This document shows, in pieces, positions 12,997-26,497 of a stretch of DNA of 64,000 nucleotides (positions within the stretch are counted from its first letter, which is position 1; each line of letters starts with the position of its first letter). Source of the DNA: Rhizophagus irregularis. Its lineage: Eukaryota. Location: assembly GCF_026210795.1 (NCBI RefSeq), contig NC_089435.1:3720001-3784000 (forward strand), written 5' to 3'. The notes under the pieces were generated by a model. It had not been told where the DNA came from. It did no database searches and worked only from the letters and a program-made list of their open reading frames with translations. Position numbers and translations under genes: made by a program.

Positions 12997-13600
12997 ATTT
13001 TAATCACCATACATTTCTTTTTAAATAATTGCCGCGCCATCATATCATTTGAATCGTTGCTAAAGTTGCACATTAGACTTTTGATCACTTAACCTATGCC
13101 AAAAACTCCTCTAGCCGTGGATGCTTAATCTCTTCTGGCAAGACCTAATTAAAAACAACTATGGTAAGACTTGTTATTTTCACAATTGGGCTGGATATGA
13201 TAGAATCCGTTTTTACAAACCCTGGAAGACCTTTGTTCCTAAAAGAACCGTTCCTATAAAGTAAATTAATACCGGTATAAATTTTTCTTAATAAATTACT
13301 GATCTATAAGTTTTTTTTTTTGATGTAAAATTACTAGTTTTCTGATGTAAAATTAATTGCTAATTGAGTTTGATAAGTATAATTATTACATAAGATTTAA
13401 ATGCTCTCGGTATCTTTGAAATTTACAGAAAACATTATGTCGTGAAAACAGCTGCAAAATCTGGATTAGAATTATATTATCCGGATTAAATCCAAATTAA
13501 ATATATGATAATTATATATCTAATATATTGAATAAAATTACTTAATATTATATATTATATAAACTTTGGTTTTTTTATTCTTTTAATGCAATCTAAATTT

Positions 13601-13735
13601 ATTACACTTCTATTTCTAATAATGCTTCTTCTTCTAAGTTATTCCAATCTGACGCAAAAACTTCTATAACTTTCATATTTCGTTTTAAAAAGAGCATTTT
13701 AATCACTATTCCCTTTTCATCCAAGAATGTACATA
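13601..13735 (-). pseudogene. Possible hAT transposase C-terminal relic
   Basis: The minus strand reads KMLFLKRNMKVIEVFASDW..., resembling the end of the hAT dimerisation domain. Very short. Confidence 0.3.
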
Positions 13736-14160
13736 TTCATAGTTCTCCATTAACATCAAAACATTTTGTAAAATAACTATGTGCGATTTCATGTTTTCTG
13801 CTCTCTATTATAAACATTAATTAAAAAAAGGTAAAATTTTTATTCTTTTTAATAAAAGAATTATTTTCAACCTTTTCTTCTAATTTCATAGGCAGTAGTC
13901 TCTAAATTTGTATTCTTTGAACTTAAAGGGCTTCGTAAACTTCAATTAGGAGATTCTTCATTATCCAAATCAATTTCAAATATTATTATTTTCCATTGTT
14001 TACAATAATTTAAGTGAGACGTAAAGAATTTAAAATAGTAAATCAGTATTTAACTATTTATATACTAATTCGGATTACATAAACTCGGATAACCGAAATC
14101 CTAGCAAAAATCACATGTTTAGACATTAATAGCCAATCACTCTTTGACCACATGATAAAA

Positions 14161-15330
14161 ATTATACCTGTTCAGGTTCTTTATCCTTTATTATTTTTTT
14201 ATTTACTTGTTATTTTAGCCAAACTATTTCACAGATATAGGACCAGAACAAATCCGACTACTGATCAGACTCACCCTTCAGAAAAAAAATTCTGCGGAAC
14301 GGGAGACGTACATCACCGTCCGAGTTAAGTTAATTAAGAAAATGAGAAAGGATAAAAAGAGCTATTCCGAAGGGGCTATTAAAATAAATTCGTAAAAATT
14401 ACATGAAAGAGAATAATCTATATTAACAAAAGAATTTAAAAATTATCTAAAGATTTAATCCAAGGAATATTATGTAAAAAATTAGAAGAAGTAAAATAAA
14501 TCCACATATGCATTTCATCGAGTTTACGTCTATGGTCGTGAATAGTTACGCGTTCGAGGCGATGGTTTCTGATCATTTCTTTGTTTTCGTTTACGTTTAA
14601 AGAAGCTAAAGGATCTCTTCGTTATATTATTTTCTAATTTCCACTCTTTGAATTTTTTGACATCTGACTTTCCAAATATTTTCGTATACAGTAGGTCTTT
14701 ATGTAAATCAAATAGAAAATTGTTAATTAGTTTTTTGTGGGCATTCTTGGTATTCCTGCGGCTATAAATACTGCAACTAATTAATTGGGAACTAGTATAT
14801 TGAGGTGAATATTGTCTCCAATTGGAAAAGTTGGATGACGTAGCCATGAGAAAAGGCCGCAGTAACGTATCGAGTCTTCGTATAAGAGCGGTGATTTATC
14901 AGAATGATATGCGACAAATTAGAGTAATGTTTCATAAAAATATCCTTAATGGTCAGTAAAATTTCAGGGCAAGTCCGGAAGTGTTCATTAGTTTCTGGAT
15001 GAGATCCACAGAAGAAACAAAGTTTCAAATTATTGAGTAAATCCGAGTAGTTTCTATGTAAAATATCTAACGTCGGTAAATTTAGTGTCGATGTCTTGAT
15101 ACTATATGTTGACTATAATTCATGCGTAAAAAGGATTATAATTAAGCCAATTCTGAGATAATTCCCAATTAATTTGATTATCTATTGTAATATGACGTAT
15201 TTGTTTTAGAGATTTATGTGAAAGATGATGTTCAAAACATTTGAAATTCAATAATTTCGTTTAGATTTGCGAATATTGCGATCAATTGTTATGTTGTTAT
15301 TAAAGAATAATGCACAGGGATGTTAATCCA
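14161..15330 (-). mobile_element. 5'-truncated, degenerate 3' fragment of a second LINE family
   Basis: Minus-strand ORF pieces LPTLDIL..NY.DL, then CFFCGSHPETNEHFRTC (ORF2 C-terminal zinc finger) and KKFKEWK, followed by a GC-richer hairpin-forming 3' UTR and an A-rich end. Confidence 0.7.
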
Positions 15331-15380
15331 ACTACGATAGACCTTCTTATCTGCCAGGCTAAACTTTTCAGAGTAATCGT

Positions 15381-15560
15381 CACGTGACGGCTATATGTTT
15401 ATGGTAACTCGGATGACATCTTATGCAGGTGACAATTAGAGATCAGACCACAAAAAAAAAATTAAGTTGCTGAAATGCTGAGATAAAGTATAACGCGGCA
15501 GTCACGTGAACGGTGACGGTTAGGCATCATTAATCACGTGCAGAGACTAACACTATATAA
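15381..15560 (+). promoter_or_regulatory. Putative promoter: three CACGTG E-boxes and a TATA box
   Basis: CACGTG at 15381, 15503 and 15535; TATATAA at 15554; ATG at 15613. Confidence 0.4.
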
Positions 15561-15612
15561 GTAGCTAATTGGGTAAACCATCTTTATTTTACATTCTCAT
15601 TCTGTGGCCAAG

Positions 15613-16351
15613 ATGTTCAGACGCTCTTCAAATGCAACTAATATAGAACGAAGAAATGACAACAATAAAAACAATAAAGTTTACTGTAAATGCAAACAGT
15701 CCGGACATTTCGCGAGGAACTGTAAAGCACCTAGAGAAGTTAAATCCAAACCACTCGCAGCTGGAAAAAGCCAAAATACACGCGTCTCCAAACGTACACT
15801 CAAAGAAAAGAACCCAAAGAAAGTAGCGTGGAGTGAAGAAGATGCGGTAAGCAGTTCTCAGTTGCCCAGTTACCAAAGAAAGCCACGTATCTAATCCTGC
15901 TTGATCTTTCATCCTTTAAGACACATCGCCAAGCACTCGTCAAGTGTGCCAAGGCATACGCTGAAGCTAGACAGGAAGTACTCTCCATTCCGAATACTTC
16001 AGTTGTCGGAGACATACAATATGCAGTGTGTCTCCTTAATCAACAACGTAGAGCTGAAACCTGGCCAGATCAGTTCGAACCAAAATACGATCTCTCAGAG
16101 TCTCCATTAAAATAAGTCAATTGTCCTCTTGTTTTTTCTATTTACCTTTATTTTTAATTTTATATATTTTTAGGGAGGCCTTAGTTGCGGGCAGAATCAT
16201 GATGGAATTCTCAGACTTAACAACAAAATTACATCAAGAGCTTAATTACGATTTTTATTGGGCTGTTAATGAAACCTCAAAAATTCTTTCAAAAGTTCTG
16301 GGAATGCCATATGATGATGATGATCTTGAAGATTATGACCTTGGAGAGTGA
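15613..16351 (+). pseudogene. Zinc-knuckle-containing hypothetical gene, pseudogenised
   Basis: CKCKQSGHFARNC knuckle-like motif. An in-frame TAA at 15892-15894 is followed by ORF 15901 in the same frame. Probable mutated donor (ataagt at ~16112), acceptor ttttag at ~16172, last exon ending DDDDLEDYDLGE*. Confidence 0.45.
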
Positions 16352-16639
16352 TAGCCCTATGGAAGGTCTATACACCAAAAAGTGTATATCTATCGATTCC
16401 AACATTAAAATTAGTCGATGATAAATAAGTCTATGGTTATTATACGTCATCACCCGTGCCTCCACAACATGAATATAATAATATAAGGATTTCGAAAGAA
16501 GTATAAATACTATCTTTAGCTTTTGATCGTTCATAATTCATTAGAATAAATAAAAGCAATTTGCGTAGTCTTTTTACTATATGTAGTATAAATTTCCTAA
16601 TTCAGATAACTATTAATTCAATATGTGAATAAAGTCAAA

Positions 16640-17640
16640 ATTACTTCCCAAAAGGCATGGAACGTAAAGTGAACTTTACGTTACATATTGGTAGTATATT
16701 AATAAAGTGCAGAACGTAATATGTAAGGCAATGATGTCCCTAAATTTTTTTCCGTTTGTGTTAGACTTTCGTGTTGACTCTTTGACCTTTGCACGATTTT
16801 CAACAATTTCAATATAATATGATTTTCTGGAACAGTAGGCGAATCACATGTATATGCAAACGTTTCCATTTGCAATGTTTCACTATCGGATTCTCCTAAT
16901 ACATATTTACTGAAGATGCAGCGCAATTTTGTGCAAGATGTACAAAGAGCAAAATCACGAACTCTTGCAGCAACTAATATCATCTGATGCAAGCTCTTGA
17001 CATACAAAGTTACTTTTTTTTTTACTTGGAAGATTAATTTCAGTAGTATTACGCCCATATAGTGAATAGAAATCTTGATAGTGATCGGGATCTAAATTAA
17101 AATTTTGATAAACTGATAAGAAAAACCAAAATTGTTAAAAAAATATAAAATTACCATACCACTTGATATTTGTGGAAGTGTAATTGATTAAAAATCTCCT
17201 TAATCAATAGGACCACAAATTACACATTCATTTTCCCGCATTTTTTGATCTTAAATAGCCAATATCGATATAAGTAAAAGTAATAATTTCAAAGAAAATA
17301 TAATGTAAATCATACCTGGAATGAATATTCTCGAACTAAACAATGATATAATTTAATAAATTCTTGTAAATCAACACAAGTACGAAGTTTATTTTTGTAG
17401 TATTATTTTGAGTAACAGTAGGATCAACCTTTTTTTAAATAATAGCAAAATTAAGTACGTACTATTGCTCATACAGTATATCCATGTAAATACAAATCAA
17501 AATACTTACATCAAATAAATTATTAATTTCTTCGTGAGTAGCTATACACAAATTTCCGATTATGTAGTTTCAATCGGGTAGTCCAATATGTAAAATTTCT
17601 TATGCTTAAGACCCACGACGTTTATTGAATGTAACTAAAC
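16640..17640 (-). pseudogene. Degenerate DNA transposase C-terminal region, Sola2-like
   Basis: The minus strand reads YHCLVREYSFQ|gt intron, IKKCG..CVICGP and ARVRDFALCTSCTKLRCIFSK..YTC. This Cys-rich order resembles Sola2 transposases as recalled. Multiple stops and shifts. Confidence 0.4.
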
Positions 17641-19980
17641 AATACTCTATTTTTACAATCAGACAGATTATACAGATTGCGAACATAAAACAAAGAAATC
17701 ATCAAACACAGTTTTATACTTTTTTTTAATGCTTTATTTATCATAAATCAAAGACTAAAGACACTGTATATAGGGAAAGGGAATCGGGAAAGAGGAAATA
17801 TTTTTTTATTCGAAATTTATACTTCGATCGAAATAAATCATTATAAATGTACAAGGCCAAGTAATGTCGAGTCGTTCGAGAACTTCTTTCCATCAATTCA
17901 CAGATAATTTAAGAACTACATTGAATCATTTGTTTATTATATTTTAAGTTATTAAAATACATCATTTTACGATCTACTGGTTGGGTTGTTATTTGTATGA
18001 TATAGTATACGAATTCATCGTTAAATGAAAAAGAATTAAAAAATACATCATTATAGTGAGAAATTTAAGTGATTCTTTACTCAAATTTTCTATCATCATT
18101 TGAAATTTTATTATATGCAGAAAAAACTGAAACTTCCTTTCCTTTCGCCGCACGGGAAGAAATTGGCTAACTGTATGCTATTTTTTCTAAAAGAGAAATC
18201 TTTGATATATATATATATTATATGAGAAATTCTTGATATACATGTATATGTGATTTTTTCTTTTACAGCAAATCTATTTTTTTCATCCTTTTAAAGGTTG
18301 TTGGACAGAATGGTATTTGTGAAACTGAACGAAGCTCACATGATCCCCTAAACATTTGTTCAGAGTATCACGGCTTCACGGGACCATTTGTTAATTTCCT
18401 CGGGACGATCGAAGATAAAATTATAAATTATAAATGATAACATAAATAGCATAGTATCACAATGATGTACTGTATATGTGGTGGAGATTCTTCGGAGTAA
18501 TTCACTAAAATATTAATGGCATACGTTTTTATGATCATACATATTTATCCACACAGTATTTTGTTATTTCGAAAACGCCATTTCAACTGGGAATACATTC
18601 CGAAGGAATGCTCTCAAGCATTTAGCTCAGCTAAAGAGGTGAAAAGATAAAAATAACTGTACACACGTTTGGCTACCTATTCGCTGGCCATCTCAAATAG
18701 TGATATTAACGCAATGATATGGACCATTGTTCTATGATTGTATATTCATCGATAGAAACAAATATAGTATGTATAACATTGTGTTGAATTTCTTATGCGG
18801 TGAAAGGACACCAAAAAATCTTAAGGTTTCGCCATGTCACTAAAGAAATAGACACGTGTTTATGATTGTGTGCGATGTTTCGGGAACCAACCTCTCCATT
18901 GGAAAGAAAAATGAAAATCTTAAATGTACACAAATGTTATACTACTGAAGGCTGTGGAGTTTATTAACTATATATTCAATCTTTTCATTGGATAGACTAG
19001 AGACGGTGCTTGCCGAAAATGTCCTGGCAAACCGGATTTCCTTGTCGTGCTGATCCTATTACGAATCATGTGTGATGTTACCTCATCTGGGACCGTTTTC
19101 TTGATAACATCATATATTGTGTTTTGAAGGGATTGCCTTGTTTGGACTGAACGTTTATGCATAAATGAACTACCCATCTTGTGGTAATGTAATAGGATCA
19201 TGTCATTTTTATGACAAATCTTACGCGCATTGTGCGCATTAACATAATTATTTAACTACACTTCTCAAAAATGCTGTTTATAAAATTTCTTTAAGGCAAC
19301 ATGCGCATCTTACGCATTCTTAAATGGTTTAACCAATCAACCATTTCATGATTTACATCTCGATCGATTTAACTTGATTAGCCAAGATCTTTTGCGCGTC
19401 CGTGAATAATTCAATAATTTTATATCATAGTTGCTTGTTAACTGTTAAAACCAAATTCGTTCCTATAAAAAAAAAAAAAAAAAAAAAAAAATTAAGAACA
19501 GAAGTAAAGTTGTAAAAAGTTAATATGCTACAATAAGAGTAAAAATGAATTTAATTATTTAAATAATTTATTATATAAAAAATTTTTTCTAACTAACTAG
19601 AATGGTGTATTATGGAAAGAATTTATCTAATGATTGTTAAATTGTTAATAATAGAAATATATTTTTTTCAAAAATAATAAAATAATAACGTACTTATAAT
19701 ATAATAAATAACTTTTAGATTAACGAATACATAGTGAAATAATACTAATAATAATAATAATACTTTCAAAAATCACTTACTAATTTGCAAAGTTATTATA
19801 GATTTCGTTGGTAAACATATTAATCATAAAATAAACTTAAAATAAACTTAAAAAAAAAGTAAAAAAAAATGCTTAAAAAATGCTTAAAAAAATCTTTAAA
19901 AAAATCTTAAATGTGCTCAATATAAAAATCATAATTGCCATAATTGCATAAATCTTTGCATAAGTCTTTTATAATTTTGT

Positions 19981-20643
19981 TCAAGTAAAACGATTTTTAC
20001 TTCTTAATAAGCTATCAACTATTTGTTCCAATATTTCAATATATTCACGATCAGAATTCATTTCAGAATTGGAAGAAGAATCAATCAATGAACTATTATC
20101 AATAAACCTCACGTTATAATGAGAAGTATTCTGAACCAAGTTTTGTGAATTCTCCTTGTAAATTGTAGGAAGAATTCGTACATTTGTATCATAAGTTTCT
20201 CCACTTTCTTGAACATAATTCATGTTATTGCTCATATGCTTATCCAATACAATTTGAAGGTTATTTTGTTTGTAATTGGATTTTGCTTCTTTAACTAATG
20301 AAACATAAAAATTTTTTACATGTTCAGATTCTGTATTCCAGGAATTTCTCGTAATCTTTGAAAATTCTCCCATTGAAGGTAATTTCCAATTTTTATTACG
20401 ACATTCTTTAATTAATGCCATTCTATATGCGATAAAAGCATTTGGAAAAGTTTTTGGTCTATTGGTATTGGATTTAACAGCGTTTTTAATTAGATCATTT
20501 GTTGTTAAATTTGGAGGAAAAGATGGTCTAATATCAACAAAAATATTATTCAAGTTATTATCACTAACATTATTTTGGTCATGTTTTATGTTATTATTAG
20601 AATTAACGATAAATAATAATTGATTTTTTTGTTTCTTAGACAT
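19981..20643 (-). CDS. MATA-type HMG-box protein, 220 aa
   Basis: IRPSFPP..PKTFPNAFIAYRMAL..SMGEFSK..SWNTESEHVKNFY is an HMG box of the MATA_HMG class, which is expanded in Glomeromycota. Confidence 0.88.
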   Translation of the reverse strand: MSKKQKNQLLFIVNSNNNIKHDQNNVSDNNLNNIFVDIRPSFPPNLTTNDLIKNAVKSNTNRPKTFPNAFIAYRMALIKECRNKNWKLPSMGEFSKITRNSWNTESEHVKNFYVSLVKEAKSNYKQNNLQIVLDKHMSNNMNYVQESGETYDTNVRILPTIYKENSQNLVQNTSHYNVRFIDNSSLIDSSSNSEMNSDREYIEILEQIVDSLLRSKNRFT

Positions 20644-21315
20644 ATTGAGTATATTGGATATTTTTTTTTTTTAAATAAAAAAAAAATAAATTTATTGAAA
20701 CGAACAATATTTTGATTTTTTTTTTTTTATTTAAAAAAAAAGACCAAATATTCATTTTTCTTCAAGAATTTTCTGATTTAACGGAAATTATTTCTTCCAA
20801 AATCACGTTTCAAATTCAATTATAATCTACCTATCATTTACCAAAAATGGATTTTAAATTTCGGAGGGGTTTTGTAACACTTCATTTTTACAAGTTCAGT
20901 TTTTCACTATTGTGCCAAGAATCAGGTCAGTTTGCATAAATCATAATCGAACGAATCGGAAGAAAAAAATTAATAATTATTTTACGAACCAATAGTTTAT
21001 ATAATTTTAGTTCGATATCGAATATTGATTTATTAGAAAAAATTTTTATTCGTTATTTCTGTAAAAACTCCGTAAAAATGAGCCTTTCACGGATCCAAAT
21101 AATTCGATAAATTCCGCGATATAAGGTTATTAATTCCGGAAATATGAGCCTTTTACGGAAAAAAGATGGATTATGGGACATCATGATTGTTTTACTTCCT
21201 TACTCACCAATTTATAGTAGAGACGTGTAAATATCCATACAAAACATTATACAAGGTTTAACTTTATTATTAGATCTTTATAAGGGAATAAATAAAAATT
21301 ATTTAGGTAGAATAA

Positions 21316-22449
21316 TTACATAATTACTACATTTTGAGAGTCATCATATCCTTTTATATTTTCATTAGATACTTCATACGCAATTATATCTTTAAGTTGA
21401 TCTATTAAATGTGGCCAATCATTTAAACATTCATAAATTGTTTCCTCCCATAAATCATCTGGCATCATACGTCTTGGAGTATGTAATATTTGAACAAAAC
21501 GTTCATATAATTCAGAATCTTCACAAGCTTGTCTATGATCTCCAACATTTACCCTTAATCCTTCCATAATAAAATTTTCGTTATCTCCATTATATTCCAT
21601 GATATAATCATCATCGGAATTTTTATTATAATTTTCTTGTAAATGATTTACAAATCTACGACATTCTTGTCCAAAACAATTTCTTACGTTCGTAAAAAAA
21701 TCTGAGTACGTATTTTCAAAATTTATTAATTTTTCTGGATAATTTCGTATCATTATTATATCAACTTCTTGAAATCTTAAGAAACTTTCATCTCTTGATT
21801 CTCTTCTACTACCCGTAGTCGCTGAATTATATGAAAGAGAGTATGTATCATCATCAATCTCTGATGTTTGATCTGTTGCAACTCCATAAGAAATTTCTTC
21901 TTCGTTATCAATTTCAATCTGTGGACTACCAATTATTAATTCTTCAAATTTTGAAAGAAGAGGATTCGTAGGATTTATGAATTCACATAAAGTATCAAGC
22001 CATTCTCTATCAGGTACAATTTCATTTTTTGCGTAAAGAACTCTTAAAAATCTTTGCCATTCTTCTTCAGAAGAATTAAAAGATTGTTTAATCTTTTCAA
22101 AATCTTGTTTATTAAGAGTAATTAATTCTTGTACTTTCTTATCACGATTATTAAAATCTTGTAATATATCTTTACGTTCATCTTCTTCATCTATATCAAA
22201 AGCGCTTAATGGAGGTGATATAAGTGAAGAATCTACATAATCAGTTGAAATATATTTTCCTTTAGAGAATTGTTGAGGTAAAGCGAAAAGTTCATCATCA
22301 ATTTCATCCATATCAACATCATCTTTATTTATATTCCCACCATTTTTATATGAATTGGTTTCTTCAGGTGGTGGTGATAATGATGTTACGAGTTCACCTA
22401 ACCTAGCTAAAGTTTCTCTTTCAGCATTTGTTCGAACGTTTGCCTTCAT
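21316..22449 (-). CDS. Acidic hypothetical protein, 377 aa
   Basis: Long uninterrupted ORF with coding-like composition; no family recognised. Confidence 0.7.
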   Translation of the reverse strand: MKANVRTNAERETLARLGELVTSLSPPPEETNSYKNGGNINKDDVDMDEIDDELFALPQQFSKGKYISTDYVDSSLISPPLSAFDIDEEDERKDILQDFNNRDKKVQELITLNKQDFEKIKQSFNSSEEEWQRFLRVLYAKNEIVPDREWLDTLCEFINPTNPLLSKFEELIIGSPQIEIDNEEEISYGVATDQTSEIDDDTYSLSYNSATTGSRRESRDESFLRFQEVDIIMIRNYPEKLINFENTYSDFFTNVRNCFGQECRRFVNHLQENYNKNSDDDYIMEYNGDNENFIMEGLRVNVGDHRQACEDSELYERFVQILHTPRRMMPDDLWEETIYECLNDWPHLIDQLKDIIAYEVSNENIKGYDDSQNVVIM

Positions 22450-25124
22450 TTTTTTTTAAAAAAATTATTATTATTTTTTTTTAATGAAAAATTATTTTAT
22501 AAAAAATGAAAAATTGATTTTTTTTTTTTAGAAACGAAAAGAAAAATGGATTTTATACCGAAAAATAAATGAAAACTGATGGGTACAAAAATTTATTTTT
22601 TTGAGGGCATAGTGATATCAAATTTATGACATAATGACGTAAATGATCGTTGTGACGTTGTGTCACCAAAAAAATGTGATTTTTACAGTTTTTTTTTCTC
22701 ACAAGGGATAAAGAAAAAAAAATGAGTTCCCTCTTTAATCATTTACAATGGGTTCCCTCTTTTAAACAATCATTTATAAATTGAAAATTGAGGGACACAA
22801 AATTTGATCGAATAAGAAAAGATTATCGATCTTCTAAAAAAAAAAAAGATGACGTAAGCTCATACTAAACGTATTTCTATTGAAGGAATTGTTTTGTGGG
22901 GTGATTGTACGTTTAAATTTTAAACCCTTTTTTTAAAAAAAAAAGAAAAAAAGAAAAAATTCAGTGATACAAGATTTAAACTTAAATAATCAATGAATGT
23001 TACGAATTTTGCCTAGTATAAAAATGAGGCTGTTTGTTCAACTGCGGGAATAAGATTGTATCACGTGCTACAAAGGACATATAATCCCTTAAATTGGAGA
23101 TATTCGATTAAAAAAAGTTGTTACTTAAAGCTTCGTACGTGATCGTGTTTCAACTGTTTCTCATGTGTCCGTGCTATCATTATGACGCATATATCAAATT
23201 GAAAAAATATCAAATTCAATTTTCTTTCTTTACTTAAATTAGCAAAATTTTTATTCCGGTATTACAATACTATATATTGTTGATTCAAATAAAGTTAAAT
23301 CATATACCGTAATTACAATATTTATCAAATTTAATTTATAAACTATAATATTAAATTAACAATATTATTAATAAAATTGGTTAAAAGATTTTTTAAAAAA
23401 AAGTAAGCGTTCCCGAAGTTCCGAACGGGATTTCCAAGATTTCTAATTGATCGATCACATAAATTACGAACAATATTTATGTATCTACCGTTACTACTTA
23501 TCGAGAATTGAAGGTTAATGGTAATTAAAAACGCCAATATTACATACTTGATATCGATGAAATAAAATGTTCGTTATCCTGAAAGAAAAGAATCGATTAA
23601 AATAAGAGAATTGGTTAAAAATAAAGAATCGGTTAAAATAAATAAAATGCATTTATTTAATTTTTTTTTTTTGTCCATGAATTCCATCTCTAGAATCACA
23701 TAAGATTGAATGTTCCATCTATCCAACGATAATACGATAATACAACATCACTTTGGTTGGTAGGTCAGTAATATAAATAATAATAGTTATTTCATGGGAA
23801 CTATGAAATTAATATATTAATTACGCGTCATATTATCTGTTGTGTAATATTTACTCTTTAATTATTTTATGCAAAAAAGAAATATATTTATTAATCATGA
23901 TTATAATTTTTTTTTTAATATATCCTAAATAAAGAATCTCTTATTATTTTTTTTAGTACTTTGCATAAACTTAAAAAGTAAAAAGAAATAAGGTTGAATT
24001 TTATTGAAATTTTATTTGTTAATATTAAAGTTTAACTAATGTCACACTTTTATCATGCTTATCTTACTTTAATCATGCTGCGTACTGCGTAGTGATTTGC
24101 GGGATTGGCCAATCAATATTAGTATTTGATCATAAACGCTTGCGAGTAACATGAACAACATGAACCCTGTTAAATTCTAGATCGTATCGAATCGGATTGA
24201 CCGAAAGAATGCACAACCAATTAGGTTGTAGTACAATTGATTGATCGGATTGGCTATATTAATCCATATGATTAACTTATACACATAGAAAGATCGGTAT
24301 GACCGACAGCTAACTGCATGCAAATTTGCGATCAATCCGGGTCTGATACAACTCCTTAGATAATTATACTTGACAACATATACAAATACGCGAATAAGCC
24401 ATGTGAACTCAAAAAGGCAACAATTATCAGGGAGAAAAAAAAAACTTTTTTCATTCTCAATTCGGGAAATGTTAGTAAGGATAGGGCAATAATATTCTAA
24501 AAAGGAAAACATTTACAATATTTTAATATTTATTTACAGTAATTTATCGAACATGCTTGATCGGATTGGTTATATTATAAACTTCATACATAAGTTGAAG
24601 TTTAAATAATATTAATGATACATTTGGGAATAAAAAAAAAAATCTAATATTACTGGTATTTGGTGTAATTAATAATATTAATAATAATTATCTGAAATCT
24701 GAAACCAAAAATATCTAAACGGATTAAAAATTTAAAATATTATGTTAAATGATTAAGAAAAATTTGAATATTCGAATAATTTTAATGTTGATAAATATTC
24801 AACAATTTACCACATCCAGGCAAGAGGAATAAATTGGAAAGCTTCAAGTATTTTTGCTGAAAAATTTGGAAAACCTAGATGTTTGAGTAATTAATTAATA
24901 ATATTCCTTTAAAAACAAATTATGTATTATAAAGTAACCAATGTGTTTTTTTTAAAAAAAAAAAATTAAACAAAATAATAGTTTGTTGCAACTTGAAACT
25001 TATCCAATTGGATACAAAATTTGAACTTGGATTAAACAAAGATCTTTGTTGCCACATTTATACATTTTAAAATGAAATTTAAAATAATTATATTATTTAC
25101 CTTCTGCCTCAGGAAGGATTAATC

Positions 25125-26497
25125 TTAACCCGATAAAGCGGGAGGTTGAAAAATATGAATATTCTCGTCCCAAGCACAAGTAGCAATTTGACCTTCAATA
25201 TATAAATTATAATCTAAACCTAATACAAATTCAGTATGACCATCATAAACTTCTATTAAAGGATTACTTTGTCTTGAAATATCCCATAATCTCATAGTCA
25301 TATCATAACTTGCACTAGCAATTATATTACTATTATGTGGAGAACATTTTACTCTTCTTACAGCATATTCATGACCTCTTAAACATAATAATTCATGATC
25401 AGTTCTTCTTAAATCCCATACTTTAATAGTTTTATCAGTTGAACCAGTTATTATCATATTTTCTTGATATTTATTCCAATCCATTGAAAGAACTTCAAAT
25501 CCTGGATGTGCAATTATTGTTTGTATTGAATGAGGAAGTTTTATATCCCAAATCTTTATAGTTTGATCTCCTGATGCTGAACCAAATAAATCTGGATTAT
25601 AAGGTGACCATATTGTATTATATACACAATTTGTATGTTCCACATTAAATGTTGTCAATGATTGCGGTCTATCTGGCGTCCACTTTTTTTTTTAAAAAAA
25701 AAAAAATTAAATTAAATATATCATAATATTAACATAATTTGAACTATTTTTATATATTTAATATATTTACCAATTTTATTGAATGATCCCATGAACCGCT
25801 AACAAAAGTATCCTTTTTAATTAAATTCCATTGTACCGAAAATACTTCTCTATTATGTTCATGCCAATTTTGAATTGGAAATTCCTAGGAGAAAGAAAAA
25901 ATAAATAAAATTAATAATAAATATATAAAATATATACATCAAAAAGATACAGCACCACTGAAATACTAAACTGTTAATGTGATATCCCATAATTTTATAG
26001 ATCCATCACCACTTGCTGTTACTATTTGATTGTCATTAATTTCACTCCACGAACAATCATATAATCCGTCTTGTGTATCATAACTAAAAAAAATTTTTAA
26101 TTTTTTTGTTAGGAACAATTAATGATACAAGATTATGATAGGATCATTCTTTATATATATATATATATATATATATAAATTTTTTTAAAAAAATTAAATT
26201 ATATTTTTATATTATATTACATTCTTACATTCTTTCAACTTCAATACCACTAGGTCCAACTCCAGTATTTAAAACGAATAATTTTCCATTACCAACCAAC
26301 CCGAAATTTGCTGATGTAGCACATGCTATTTTATTTTCAAAAAATGGACTAAATTGTAACTTTTCAATAAATAAAAAAAAATATTTTAATTAAAATAAAT
26401 TAAATAAATTATGATTATTAACTGAATGATATATATAAAAAATATCATATAAATATACCGAATATCCATTATATCCTTGAGTACGAAATTTCAACAT
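25125..26497 (-). CDS. PEX7: Peroxin 7, PTS2 receptor (WD40), 5 exons, ~317 aa
   Basis: Exons 26497-26459, 26359-26229, 26083-25972, 25884-25771 and 25682-25125 (954 nt, in frame). MLKFRTQGYNGYSLQFSPFFENKIACATSANFGLVGNG, YDTQDGLYD, WD repeats and ATCAWDE are characteristic of Pex7. Confidence 0.93.

Noticed and set aside
14220..14275. Hammerhead ribozyme in the LINE 3' UTR
   Set aside because: The core reads CUGAUCA rather than CUGANGA, and no UH cleavage triplet closes the stem after GAAA.
17700..19260. GC-richer stretch with a short ORF (18968-19201)
   Set aside because: Probably a decayed repeat-family gene, but no motif could be assigned with confidence.
19981..20643. Mating-type locus
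   Set aside because: MATA-HMG genes are a large dispersed family in these fungi, and no homeodomain pair or sex-locus flanking genes are present here.
23343..24580. Short ORFs and a repeated tgatcggattgg.tatatta motif
   Set aside because: No coding signature or definable element ends; likely an old TE remnant.
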